From Thermoanaerobaculia bacterium (GTDB lineage Bacteria > Acidobacteriota > Thermoanaerobaculia > UBA5066), in assembly GCA_963816185.1 (NCBI GenBank), contig CAWFJJ010000001.1, positions 352,001 through 416,000 on the forward strand: a DNA stretch of 64,000 nt, written 5' to 3'. The number at the start of each line of letters is the position of its first letter. The stretch's first letter is position 1. Positions 28,685-40,795 of the stretch are shown here, piece by piece. The notes below the pieces were generated by a model. That model had not been told where the DNA came from and made no database searches. It worked only from the letters and a program-made list of their open reading frames with translations. The translations under genes and the position numbers were made by a program.

Positions 28685-31531
28685 TCACGGCGCGGGGGTG
28701 CTCGCCTCGACGAATGCGCCGTCGCCGCTACGCTGGCCGGGCTCGGCGCCGTCGTTGAGGACCGCATAGGCGAGGAAGGGATTGTTGCCGGAGATCCTGG
28801 TGACGAGGGCGTAACCGCTGTTCGTGCCGGGCGCGTAATTCGCGAGGATGCGGTCGATCTGGATGAAGCCCTTCGCGGGGACGGTCGCGACGAGGGAGCC
28901 GCTCCCGGCGCCGGTGGCTCCGTCGAAGAGGTCGATGCGATAGGTGGACGGCGAAGTGTCGGCCGAACCCGTGTTGACGAGGGCGAGATTCGAGCGCGTC
29001 TCGGTGTTCTGCTGGAGGCCGAAGAGCCAGGCCGCCGTCATAGCTTCGGATCCGCTCGGAAAGGCGGGCAGGAAGACGCCGTAGCGGCCTCCCTGAGAGG
29101 CGGACGTGATGCGGGCCGCGATCGAGACTCCTCGCAGGTCGCCGGAATCGTCCGAGGCGAAGAGGGCGCCGGCGAACGATCCGCCGGGAGGGTCCGTCAC
29201 GACGCCGCGATCGCGCAGGACCTGGACGAAGGCCGGCAGGATCTGCTGCTCGCCGGGAAGGAGCGAGATCGAAAAGCCCGCCTGTCCTCCCGCCAGCGAG
29301 GCCGCGACCCACGTGAAGCGCAGCGTACGCGGTGAGGAAGAGAAGTTCGTGAGGATGAGCTCGGTCGAATACGCCGAGGTCTCGACGAGAGCCGGCAGCG
29401 TCATCGAGGAGATCGCAGAGGCAGGGCTCGCCGCGACGGGCTCGACAAACGAGCCGTCGGAAGTCGCCTGGTCGTTGATCACGGCGTAGGCGTAAAAGGG
29501 AGCCGCGCCGGAGATCCTTTCGACCCTCACCGTGCCGTTGGAGAGCGAGAGGCCGTTCGAGACGAGGATGCCGGAGATCTGCGTGAAGCCGCCGGGGGAG
29601 AGCGTGACGTCGGGAATCGTCTGCGACAGAGGGCTCGCCGAATCGCCGGAGAAGACGGTCAGGCGCAGCGTGATGTCGCCGTCGCCCGAGGCGCCAGCAT
29701 TGAGGACGGCGACGTTGGAGCGGTCGGTCGAGTTCTGGCGCAGGCCGCAGAGATAGACCGGGGAATTCAGGAGCTTCGACGGCGGGAGTCCCGCGTAGGC
29801 CAGGCCCGCACGGCCGTCGGGCACGGCGGTGGTCGTGCGGACGGTGGCGGACGCGGCGTCGGGGGACGAGAGGCCCGAGAAGGTGACTTGCAGCGTCCCG
29901 CCGCTACCAGGAGTCGTGAGGCCGAGGCTCTGGAGGTACGCGATCGCATCGGGAATGACGCGCTGCCGGCCCGCAGGCAGCGCGTCCGTGGCCGAGCCTG
30001 CAGTCCCGCCGAAGGCCGGCGTGTAGACATAGGAGATCTGCGCATCGGTCGAGCCGCGGTTCGCCAGCGTCAGCTCGGACGTGAAGGCCGACCCGCCGAG
30101 ACCGGCGGGCGAGAGGACGATCGGGACGGTCAGCGTCGATGTTGGAGCCGTCCCTTCCGCGACGAATTCCCAGTGCGAGGTCGTCAGCGTGCCGGTGACG
30201 TAGAGGCCCGCGTAGATGTCCTTCTGCGTGTGGACGTGCGTGGAGACGACGTCATCGAAGGAAAGTCGGCCCAAAGCTGTCGTCAGGAATGAGGGTCAGA
30301 AGGTGAGAGCGAAGGAACCGGATGGACACAGGCGGAGTTGCGGCAAGGCCGTCGGCGGCTGAACGAGGTCTCCGAAGTCGCCGACACAGACCTGCGTAGT
30401 TCACGAAGGAGAAGGAGTTCGCATGAGAGGAGGAGGTCAGTTGGACGACGCGCGCCGCTCCGGGCAGATAGGCGTCAGTGACCGGCCGGGCGGACGACGA
30501 AAGAAGCAGACGGGCCCGTCACCGGGACTGCGCGTGCGCAGCTTCCGCGACGGCCCGTCGCGCGTCCTCGAAGGCCGACTGAACGTCGCCGTCGGAGTCG
30601 GGGGCGATGGTCGCGTTGAGCGTGACGTCGAAGACCGGGGGGCCGCCCGAGAGGCGTCCCGTGATCCGCGTCGACCACGCGTTTGTGGCCGAGCGACAGC
30701 GTCGAGTCGTGCTGGACGGTGTGATGCGATGTCGACGTGCACTCGTAGTGGGTCCCGAAGATGTGTAAATTGCCCATGGGGGTTGCCGTCCGGCTGAACA
30801 GGTCTGTCGGCAGGCTCGGCCGGGCGACGACCTCGTAGTGCGACGTCGTGAGATTGCCTGTCACGAGGAGCGTGGAATAGGTGTCGGTCTGCGCGTGCGC
30901 GTGCGTGTCGTCGAGCCGGTCGGCTACCGGCGGAACGACCGAGCTGTCGGCGGCGCGTAGCTCGACCTTCCATGCGCCCGGCGCGCAGCCGGGAACCTCG
31001 GGTAGGGGCGGCGGCGGCTGGGCGAGGTCGCCGAGGTCCCCGACGCAGACGACCCGCGACGTACCCGAGGACGACTCGGAGATCTGCGTGACGAGAGTCG
31101 TCGTATTCGCGACATTCGAGACAGGCTCGGACTTCACGGCGGCGACGGAGGACGACACGAGCGCCGGGCTCGACACGTCGTAGCCTGTCCCGGCCACGCT
31201 CAGCCTCGCGTTCGCGAGGACCGCCTGGACCGCCGGGTCGTCGGGAGGCGTGGACGGCGAGAGAGGCGCCGACAAGGAGTCGACGGTCACGTCGAAGACA
31301 TCCGGGCTTCCCTCGCGGCGGGCCGTGATCCGCGTGCGCCAGGCGTCGACGGCGAGGTGCGTCCCGTCCAGCGCCCTTGGCCGTATGGCTCGACGTCGAC
31401 CGGCAGGAGTATCGGAGCCCGGCGAAGGGCGTGTTCGGCTGTTCCGAGCAAGGCGAGAACTGAGCCAGGGCCTGCCCGCCCAGGACGCAGAGGGCAGCCG
31501 CCAGAAGCGCGGCGCCGCTCGCCAGTTTCAC
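28685..31531 (-). pseudogene. Paralog of 25115..27928 with several frameshifts (decay or assembly error)
   Basis: Near-identical sequence split over ORFs 30437..31564, 30475..31290 and 28685..30274. Indels at about 31370, 30690 and 30280-30530. Confidence 0.75.
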
Positions 31532-31594
31532 ATTTGGGAGTGCGCCCCGGTGAGGCCACCTCACGGGAACGGAGCCGCGCTCATCGCCTCCGCG

Positions 31595-32236
31595 TCAGCC
31601 GGCCGCCCCCTCCGTGAAGCGCTGGCGAATCGACTCGACCTCGGAGGCCTGGCTTTCGAAAGCCACGACGCACGCCGGGTCGAACTTCGTGCCCTTTTGC
31701 TCCCAGAGGAAGCCGAAGGCCTCGTTTTGGCTCCAGATCTCCTTGTAAGGCCGGTCGCTCGTCAGCGCGTCGAAGACGTCCGCGACGGCGACGATCCGGG
31801 CCTCGAGGGGGATCTCTCCGGCCTTCAGGCCGTCCGGGTATCCGGAGCCATCCAGAGCCTCGTGGTGAGAGCCCACGATGTTGCGCAGCATCCTGACGTG
31901 TGCAGAGCCGCCGAGATCGAAGTCCCGGATCAGCTCTTCCACGACGGCGACTCCGGACTTCACGTGCCCCTTCATGATCTCGAACTCCGCCGGCGCGAGG
32001 CCTCCCTGTTTGAGGAGAATGTAATCGGGGATCGCGACCTTGCCGACGTCGTGGGCGGATGCGAGCCACGAGAGATCGTCGATGAACGCGTCGTCGAGGC
32101 CCTCGGTGGATGAAAGGGCCCGGGCGATGAGGCGCGCGTAATGCGAGACGCGGTCGAGATGCAGGCCCGTGTCGGCGTCCCGGAAGCGGGTGAGCTCGGC
32201 CGCCAGGTTCACTGCGGAGCGCAGAACGCTGATCAT
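31595..32236 (-). CDS. HD-GYP c-di-GMP phosphodiesterase
   Basis: HDVGKVAIPDYIL, HHEALDGSGYP and VADVFDAL motifs. ATGA overlap with the upstream gene. Confidence 0.9.
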   Translation of the reverse strand: MISVLRSAVNLAAELTRFRDADTGLHLDRVSHYARLIARALSSTEGLDDAFIDDLSWLASAHDVGKVAIPDYILLKQGGLAPAEFEIMKGHVKSGVAVVEELIRDFDLGGSAHVRMLRNIVGSHHEALDGSGYPDGLKAGEIPLEARIVAVADVFDALTSDRPYKEIWSQNEAFGFLWEQKGTKFDPACVVAFESQASEVESIRQRFTEGAAG

Positions 32237-32726
32237 CGCCCGGGGATCCCCATCCACTTCAGCTTCGCGCCCGGGACGGCACCGTTCGCGGCGGCGACGC
32301 CCGCGTTGACCTCGAGAACGGTGTCGGCTTTCGCCGCCGGCACGACGCTCTCGCACGGCGCGGGATCGGGGGCACAGGGCGGGACGTTCTTCAGCACCTC
32401 GACGACGGTTCCGTCCTTCGTCGCGTAGATCATGTCGAGAGGGAAATGGCAGTTCTTCATCCAGAACGGCCGGATCTCGAGGCCGTCGAAAAGGAAGACC
32501 ATGCCGGCGGAAGGCGGCATCGACTCGCGAAACATGAGTCCCTGCGCGCGCTCCTGATCCGTGACGGCCACCTCGACGGCGATCGGAGCGCCGGATGGCA
32601 GGACGACGCGTGGGCCGGCGGGCGCGGGCGCGGAAGATCCCGCCGGCGCCGCGGGGGACGTCGCGGGTTTCGAGCAGGCGCTCGCGGCGAGGAGGGCCGC
32701 GAGGGAAGCGGCCGCGCTGCGGCGGA

Positions 32727-32730
<4 letters not shown>
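32233..32730 (-). CDS. DUF192 family lipoprotein
   Basis: Lipobox-like AASAC, then GLMFR, FWMKNC.FPLD and VLEVNAG. Confidence 0.85.
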
Positions 32731-34171
<1,441 letters not shown>

Positions 34172-34175
<4 letters not shown>

Positions 34176-35869
34176 GAGACCTCCGTCGTCGCGCGTTCGG
34201 GAATCGCCGGAACGCCGGATCCGTGCGCGGAGCCGGCGAGGGGAAACGAGATGGAGACGGTGGTGCCCTGCCCCGGCGTCGTGTCGACGCGAATCGCCCC
34301 GCCGTGCTCCTCGACGATCCGGTGGACGATCGCGAGGCCGAGTCCGGTGCCGCCGGGAAAACTGTGGGCGAAGGGCGTGAAGAGACGATCCCTCTCGTCC
34401 GCTGTCATCCCGTGGCCTTCGTCGGCGAACGACACGCTCCAGTGATTCCCTCGAACGTGGGCCGAGACTGCGAGCGTACCGCCGCCCGGCATCGCCGCGA
34501 GCGCGTTGCGCGCGACGTTCCAGAAGATCTGGCGGAGCTGGCCGGGATCCGCCTGGATCACGACGGACGGCGGGTCGAAATCCTGTACGAGGCGGTGTCG
34601 CGAGGAAATCTCGTCTCCGTGCGCGAGAAGCGTCAGGACGTCGTCGAGAGCGGCAGGCGCGTCCACCGGCTCCACGGCACGCTCTTTCGGGCGCACGTAC
34701 CTCAGGAAGTCCTCGAGGATCGTCGACAGGCGATGCGACTCGGCGAGGACGATCTCCATGAGCTTCTGCTCGGGCGATCCCGGCGAGGATGAGTTTTTCA
34801 GAACCTGAACCGATCCCGAGATGGAGGCAAGAGGGTTGCGAATCTCGTGTGCGATTCCCGCCGCGAGCTCGCCGACCGCCGCGAGCTTGTCCTTGAGGCG
34901 CACCTCACCTTCGAGCCGCTTGAGGTCGGTGAGGTTCTGGAAGATGAGGATGCGGCCGATCGTGTAGCCCGAGCCGTCCCGGAGCGCTGTCGCCGAGATT
35001 CCGAAGTACTCCTCCGCGTCCTGCAACCGCCGGGTGTTCTCGAAGCGAAGGATCTCGGAGCCCGACGCCGCGATCCGCTTCCAGTCCGCCTCGCCGACGA
35101 GTCCGAGGCCGAGGAGGGGCCGGCCCACGAGGTCGACGGACGGCGCGCCGAGCAGCTCCTGCGCAGCCCGGTTCGCGTACGTGACGCCGCCGTCGAGGTC
35201 CGTCGTGAGGACGCCCGAGGACATCGACGTCAGGACCGACCCGTGCAGGGATTGCAGCCGGGCGATCTCGGCCTTCCGGCGTTCCACGTCGGCGCGAGCC
35301 TCGCGGAGCTTGTCCGACGCGACGGAGACGAGCAGCGCGGTGGCGACGAAGGCGGCGACGTTGAGCGCGACGTTTCCGACGAGCGTCGGCAGGCTCCAGA
35401 GGTGGCGCGTGCTCTCCGGCGTCTCCAGGGGCTTCGCGACGCCGAAGAACATGAGGTCGACGAGGACCGCGTAGAAGACCGCCGCGAGGCCCGCCGTCGC
35501 GAGTCCCCCTCGCCGGCCGAGAAGAATCGCTCCGGCGGTCACCGTGCTCAGGTAGAGGAACGTGAAGCTCGAGTCCGGGCCTCCCGACGCGTAGACGAGG
35601 CCGGTGATCACGACGAGGTCGCCGAGGAGCTGCACCCCGGCGTTCGTCTCGGCTGGAATCCGGTCGAGCGACAGGATCGCCACGATGGAGATCGAGTACG
35701 CGAACGCGGCCAGGTAGTAGATGAAGTTGAGCGGCAGGGAGGTCGAGAACGTGAACTGGATGAGAAAGGCCGAGAGGAGCAGCGTCGAGACGATGACGAC
35801 GCGCAGGACGACGAAGGCCCGCAGCATCGAGTGCAGCGGCTCGAAAGCCCGCATCCGCCCGGAACTCAC
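34172..35869 (-). CDS. pilS: Membrane sensor histidine kinase (PilS-like)
   Basis: Multiple TM helices, PAS domain, AHEIRNPL and GTGLGL. Confidence 0.85.
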
Positions 35870-35882
35870 GAGGACGAGTCTA

Positions 35883-37088
35883 CTAGTTGATCTTGCTGAT
35901 CAGGTCGAACATCGGCATGTACATCGCGACGACGATCGTCCCGATGACGACGCCGAGGATCGCGATCATCACGGGCTCCATGAGCTTCATGAGGCCGGTG
36001 ACGGCGTTGTCGACCTCTTCCTCGTAGAACTCGGCGATCTTGTTCAGCATGGCGTCCAGCGCGCCCGTCTGCTCGCCGACCCCGATCATCTGCACGACCA
36101 TCGACGGGAAGACCTTCGTCTCGCCGAGGGGCTCGGCGATGGTCCGTCCGGCCTCGACCGATTTCCTCACGCCCATGATGGCGTCCTCGACGATCGCGTT
36201 TCCCGCGGTCTTGGCGGTGATCTCGAGACCGTCGAGAATCGGCACGCCCGAGGAGGTAAGCGTCGCAAGCGTGCGGCAGAATCGCGCGACGGCGATCTTT
36301 CTCATGATGTCGCCGAGGATCGGCAGCTTCAGGACGATGCCGTCGATGACGCGCCTGCCGCGATAGGTCGCGTAATAGCGCTTCAGGAAGAAGCCGACCG
36401 CGAAGATCCCCGCGATGATGAAGATGATGTAGCTCGCGATGAAGTTCGAGGCCTTGATGACGAGGCGCGTCGGGAGCGGCAGCTCGGCGCCGAGGGCCGC
36501 GAACAGCGAGGCGAACGTCGGAATGACTTTCCACAGGATGATGAAAACGACGATCGCGGCGACGGAGAGGACGGCGATGGGGTAGATGAGGGCCGTCTTG
36601 ACCTGGCTCTTCAGCTTGACGGCCTTCTCGATGTAGGTCGAGAGGCGGCGCAGGATCGTGTCGAGGATGCCGCCCGCCTCGCCGGCGGCCACCATGTTGA
36701 CGAAGAGGTCGTCGAACGCCTTCGGGTGCTTGCGCATCGCCTCTGCGAGCGAGGAGCCGGCCTCGACGTCCTGCCGCACGGCGAGGATGATCTTCTGGAA
36801 AAGCCGGCTGTCCTGCTGACCGCCCAGGATCTCGAGGCACTGGACGAGCGGCAGGCCGGCGTCGATCATGACCGAGAACTGGCGCGTGAAGACCGCGAGG
36901 CGCCGGGCGTTGACCTTGCCGCCGCCGAGCTTCGGCACGGCCAGCTCCTTGCCCTTCTCCTTGACCGTCGTGACGTCGATCTGCCGGCGCCGGAGGTCGG
37001 CGATCGCCAGATCCTTCGAATCGGCGACGAGGACGCCGCCGGTCGTGCCTCCTTGCCGGGTGCGGCCTTTCCAGACGAACTGCGCCAT
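35883..37088 (-). CDS. pilC: Type IV pilus inner-membrane platform protein
   Basis: FTRQFSVMIDAGLPL, AGEAGGILD and GEQTGALD motifs. Confidence 0.95.
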   Translation of the reverse strand: MAQFVWKGRTRQGGTTGGVLVADSKDLAIADLRRRQIDVTTVKEKGKELAVPKLGGGKVNARRLAVFTRQFSVMIDAGLPLVQCLEILGGQQDSRLFQKIILAVRQDVEAGSSLAEAMRKHPKAFDDLFVNMVAAGEAGGILDTILRRLSTYIEKAVKLKSQVKTALIYPIAVLSVAAIVVFIILWKVIPTFASLFAALGAELPLPTRLVIKASNFIASYIIFIIAGIFAVGFFLKRYYATYRGRRVIDGIVLKLPILGDIMRKIAVARFCRTLATLTSSGVPILDGLEITAKTAGNAIVEDAIMGVRKSVEAGRTIAEPLGETKVFPSMVVQMIGVGEQTGALDAMLNKIAEFYEEEVDNAVTGLMKLMEPVMIAILGVVIGTIVVAMYMPMFDLISKIN

Positions 37089-37109
37089 GGGTCCTCCGCT
37101 GGCTCCTTG

Positions 37110-38255
37110 TTATCCGCGCCGTGTCACGTTCGACGGGGCGCCCGGAACCACCGGGGCGCCGCCGGCCGCCGTCGACGTGACGACGCCCGCGCCGCGGGCG
37201 ATCATCTCGGCGAGCTCGTCGGGAAGCGAGGAGACCGACATGGCGAGCTCCTGTGAGATCACGCGGCGGTGCACGAGCGTCGCGAGCGACTGGTTGAACG
37301 TCTGCATGCCGTACTTGTTCTGCCCCGTCTGCATCATCGAATAGACCTGGTGCAGCTTGTCTTCACGGATGAGGTTTCGGATCGCGGGCGTGGGAATGAG
37401 GATCTCCATCGCCATGCACCGCCCCTTGCCGGACGCGCGAGGGAGCAGGCTCTGACACATGATGCCCTCGAGCACGAACGACAGCTGCGCGCGCACCTGA
37501 GGCTGCTGGTTCGCGGGAAAGGCGTCGATGATGCGATTCATCGTCTGCACGGCGCTGTTCGTATGGAGCGTCGCGAGCGTGAGATGGCCCGTCTCGGCGA
37601 CGCGGAGCGCCATCTCCATCGTCTCGAGGTCGCGCATCTCGCCGACGAGAACGATGTCCGGGTCCTCGCGGAGGACGGATCTCAGGGCATTCGGGAAGGA
37701 ATGCGTGTCGGCATGCAGCTCGCGCTGGTTCACGATGCAGCGCTTGTGCGTGTGAAGGAACTCGATCGGATCCTCGATCGTGACGATGTGCTTCGGGTGC
37801 TCTCGGTTGATCTTGTCCAGCATCGTCGCGAGCGTGGTGGACTTGCCCGAGCCCGTCGGGCCCGTGACGAGGACGAGGCCGCGCGGCTTGTTGCAGAGGC
37901 CCTCGACGACGTTCGGAATGCCCAGCTCGCGGAAGCCGAGGATCTCGTACGGGATCTGCCGGAAGACCGCCGACACGGCGCCCCGCTGGAGGAAGCAGTT
38001 GCCGCGGAAACGCGCGAGACCCTTCACGCCGAAGGACAGGTCCAGCTCGAGCTGCTCCTCGAAACGGTGCTTCTGCACGTCGGTCAGGATCGAGTACGCG
38101 AGCTGCTTCGTCTCGGGGACTGCGAGCGGCGGGTAGTCGAGCGGGATCAGATCCCCGTCCACCCGGATCATGGGCGGCGAGTTCGTCGTGAGATGTAGGT
38201 CCGACCCTCCGCGCTCGACAAGCGTCTTGAGGAGCTGATGGAGCGTGACCCCCAT
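37110..38255 (-). CDS. pilT: Type IV pilus retraction ATPase
   Basis: GPTGSGKST, LREDPD, AETGHL, AIRNLIRE and GMQT motifs. Confidence 0.95.
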   Translation of the reverse strand: MGVTLHQLLKTLVERGGSDLHLTTNSPPMIRVDGDLIPLDYPPLAVPETKQLAYSILTDVQKHRFEEQLELDLSFGVKGLARFRGNCFLQRGAVSAVFRQIPYEILGFRELGIPNVVEGLCNKPRGLVLVTGPTGSGKSTTLATMLDKINREHPKHIVTIEDPIEFLHTHKRCIVNQRELHADTHSFPNALRSVLREDPDIVLVGEMRDLETMEMALRVAETGHLTLATLHTNSAVQTMNRIIDAFPANQQPQVRAQLSFVLEGIMCQSLLPRASGKGRCMAMEILIPTPAIRNLIREDKLHQVYSMMQTGQNKYGMQTFNQSLATLVHRRVISQELAMSVSSLPDELAEMIARGAGVVTSTAAGGAPVVPGAPSNVTRRG

Positions 38256-38266
38256 TTCGCTGTCCC

Positions 38267-38288
38267 TCCTGAGTACTCAGGAATGATA
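38267..38288 (-). promoter_or_regulatory. Candidate pilT promoter -10 (TATCAT) with an adjacent perfect 16-bp palindrome overlapping the SD
   Basis: TCCTGAGTACTCAGGA at 38267-38282 is self-complementary. On the minus strand the order is TATCAT, palindrome/AGGAGG, ATG. Confidence 0.45.
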
Positions 38289-38428
38289 CGCCGCCGAAGG
38301 GCGTCGGGCCACCTCCGCTTGAAGCGCGATATTCAGCCGGTCAGCTCCCCCGGGGAAGAGGGCGTGGGCGGACGATCCGTCTGTCTTGAATCCCCCCGAA
38401 CAGGGGAGAATAGACCCTCAGGAGAGCC

Positions 38429-40750
38429 ATGTTCATGATCCGGCAGGACATTCTTCAGCGATTCCCAGACCTGTTCGGGACCAAGAAGGTGAACGGGCGA
38501 GACATCAATGTCGAAGAGACGATCGCCACGCTGACGCGAGAGCTGCGCCCGGAGATTGCAAAGGTGTTGACGGCGCGCCGCCAGCTCCTGCGGTCTTCAG
38601 ACCCCGTCCGGAAGAAGTATGCATGGCCGAATTGGGATGAGAGCTTCGAAGATTCGGTGAGCGGAAAGCCGTGGACGTTTCGTCACATCGTCCGGGGTCT
38701 GATCGATAACTTCCTCGGACACGAGAGCGAGTGGCGCTGGCGGCTCAACGACGAGGTCCCCATTCCGGACGACGCGCACCCGTTGAGCAATCCCGGCCTG
38801 GAGCTCACCGGTCCCTGGCATCCGCTCGACATGGCGTTCAACGCCTTGAACAGCCCGGCTCCGATGAACATGCCGGATTTCGAGGACGCCTCGCCGCCAC
38901 ACTTCCGGCCCGACGGCACGCCGAGCAACGAGCCCGTCGGAATCTTTGCGGCCCTGCAGAACGCGAAAGAAATCTTCGAAGGTCGCTGGAACGGCCGGCC
39001 TTACGAGGTGACGAAGAAAGGGAAGACGCGTTCCTACAAGATCAACACGCCTCCCGAGAAGTGGCCGACACGCTTCGGCCGCCCGCCCGGCCTTCACGTG
39101 CGCTACGACCACGTGACGGTGGACGGCGAGCCGGTGCCCGGCCTGATCGCCGTCGTCGTTCTGTGGGTGGCCAACAATTACGAGGCGCTGCGTCGGGCCG
39201 GCACGGGCGTCTACTTCTACATCCCGAAAGTGCAGACTCCGAAGGAAGCCTTGATCCTGGAGAAGCTGCTGGCGCGGATGGAAGCGCTCATCGGCGTGCC
39301 CGCCGGCACGATGAAGATCAAGATGCTGTACGAGGAAGGCAACGCGGGCCGCTCCCTGGCGGCCATCGCGTGGGTGCTCAGGCGCCGGCTGCTGGGAACC
39401 AACGTCGGCCGCTGGGACTACCTGGGAAGCCTGATCGAGATCTGGAAGGACGATCCGAAGGGCGTCTTTCCGGACCCGCAGACGATCGGGATGGCTTCGC
39501 CCAACATGATCGCCTATCAGCGCTACAACGCTCTGCTGATGCTGATGGCCGGCATGAAGAACGGCGAGCTCCGAACGGCGGCCCCGATCGGCGGCATGGC
39601 GGCGGTGATGATCTATCAGTCCAGCGATCCGTACGGCCGCTCCCGGTACAACCCTCTCGCGCTGCGGGCCATGGTGGTCGACAAGCTGCGCGAGCGCCTC
39701 CTGGGCCTGATGTTCATCCCGGAGAAGCCTCTTTCGGCCGGTCAGCAGCCCACGTTGGACGACATTCTCGCCGGCCGGGTCAAGGCGAAACTCTACGATG
39801 CCTATCGGCAGAGCTGGGTGGCGAGCCCGGAACCGGCCTACGTCGCCGCCGGCAACACGCCCTTGCGTACGTCTCTGGCCGAGCTCCAGGCGCTGCTCGA
39901 CGCACCGCTCGAGACGGTGGACGTGAACGGCAAGCCGATGCCGACGGTCGGGAGCGGTCTCTCCGACGTCGAGCGGCAGCTCCTCCAGTCCCGCGGATTG
40001 CTGAACGCGAACGGGAAAATCACGCCGATGGTCCTCGACGTCTCGAACCTGAACACGCCGGAAGCGCTCTTCAGCCAGGAGCGTTGGGACGCGATCTACG
40101 GCGTGCCGAAAGGTGACGTCACCGTCGAGCACGTTCAACACGCCTTCTACATGGCGGCGAACTACGGCTTCCAGATCCTCAACGGCAACTTCGCCGCCGC
40201 CATCGACGACTACGAGCTGAAGCTGCGCTTCATGAACGACCTCGCCACGTACCGGATCGACGTCTCGTGGCTCTGGACGCTCGCCCATCACCAGGCGGCC
40301 ATCACGAAGGACGGCTATCTCAAGCGGCCCGTCCTGACCGCCGACGGCGTCGAGCCGGCCGTGAACGCCGAGCACGTGAAGGCTGGGACGCGCTTTACGC
40401 CGGACTTGTTCCAGAAACTGTGGGACGTCCACAACGAGTGGACGTACGCGTTTTTCGCCGAGCTGGATCGGCGCGGCGACCCGGGTCGCTTCGACCGCGC
40501 CAAGGCGCCGGTGATCATGGAGCTGCTGAAGCGGCAGCTTCTTTCGCCCCGCTACATCCAGCACAGCGCCCGCGTCCTCTTCGTCGTGGGACAGGCGAAC
40601 GAGAGAGAGCGCGCGCAGATTCTGGACGCGATTTTCGATCTCTCCCGAGAGGAGATCGTCCGGGGCGTTAACGCGGGCACCCTGAGCCGCGTCGCGATGG
40701 CCGCGCACGACTACGTCTATGACTTCTTTGAAGCGGTCGAAATCGATTAG
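38429..40750 (+). CDS. Divergent malate synthase
   Basis: MPDFED, YFYIPK, NVGRWDY, IGGMAA, SWVA and FMNDLAT correspond to malate synthase motifs. Confidence 0.75.
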   Translation: MFMIRQDILQRFPDLFGTKKVNGRDINVEETIATLTRELRPEIAKVLTARRQLLRSSDPVRKKYAWPNWDESFEDSVSGKPWTFRHIVRGLIDNFLGHESEWRWRLNDEVPIPDDAHPLSNPGLELTGPWHPLDMAFNALNSPAPMNMPDFEDASPPHFRPDGTPSNEPVGIFAALQNAKEIFEGRWNGRPYEVTKKGKTRSYKINTPPEKWPTRFGRPPGLHVRYDHVTVDGEPVPGLIAVVVLWVANNYEALRRAGTGVYFYIPKVQTPKEALILEKLLARMEALIGVPAGTMKIKMLYEEGNAGRSLAAIAWVLRRRLLGTNVGRWDYLGSLIEIWKDDPKGVFPDPQTIGMASPNMIAYQRYNALLMLMAGMKNGELRTAAPIGGMAAVMIYQSSDPYGRSRYNPLALRAMVVDKLRERLLGLMFIPEKPLSAGQQPTLDDILAGRVKAKLYDAYRQSWVASPEPAYVAAGNTPLRTSLAELQALLDAPLETVDVNGKPMPTVGSGLSDVERQLLQSRGLLNANGKITPMVLDVSNLNTPEALFSQERWDAIYGVPKGDVTVEHVQHAFYMAANYGFQILNGNFAAAIDDYELKLRFMNDLATYRIDVSWLWTLAHHQAAITKDGYLKRPVLTADGVEPAVNAEHVKAGTRFTPDLFQKLWDVHNEWTYAFFAELDRRGDPGRFDRAKAPVIMELLKRQLLSPRYIQHSARVLFVVGQANERERAQILDAIFDLSREEIVRGVNAGTLSRVAMAAHDYVYDFFEAVEID

Positions 40751-40795
40751 CGTCGCGCGTCGTTTCCGGCGAGCTGCGCGCAGAATCAGAGACCG

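Noticed and set aside
25115-31531. Paralog variation as a diversity-generating retroelement
   Set aside because: There is no reverse transcriptase or template repeat in the window, and differences are block replacements rather than adenine-specific changes.
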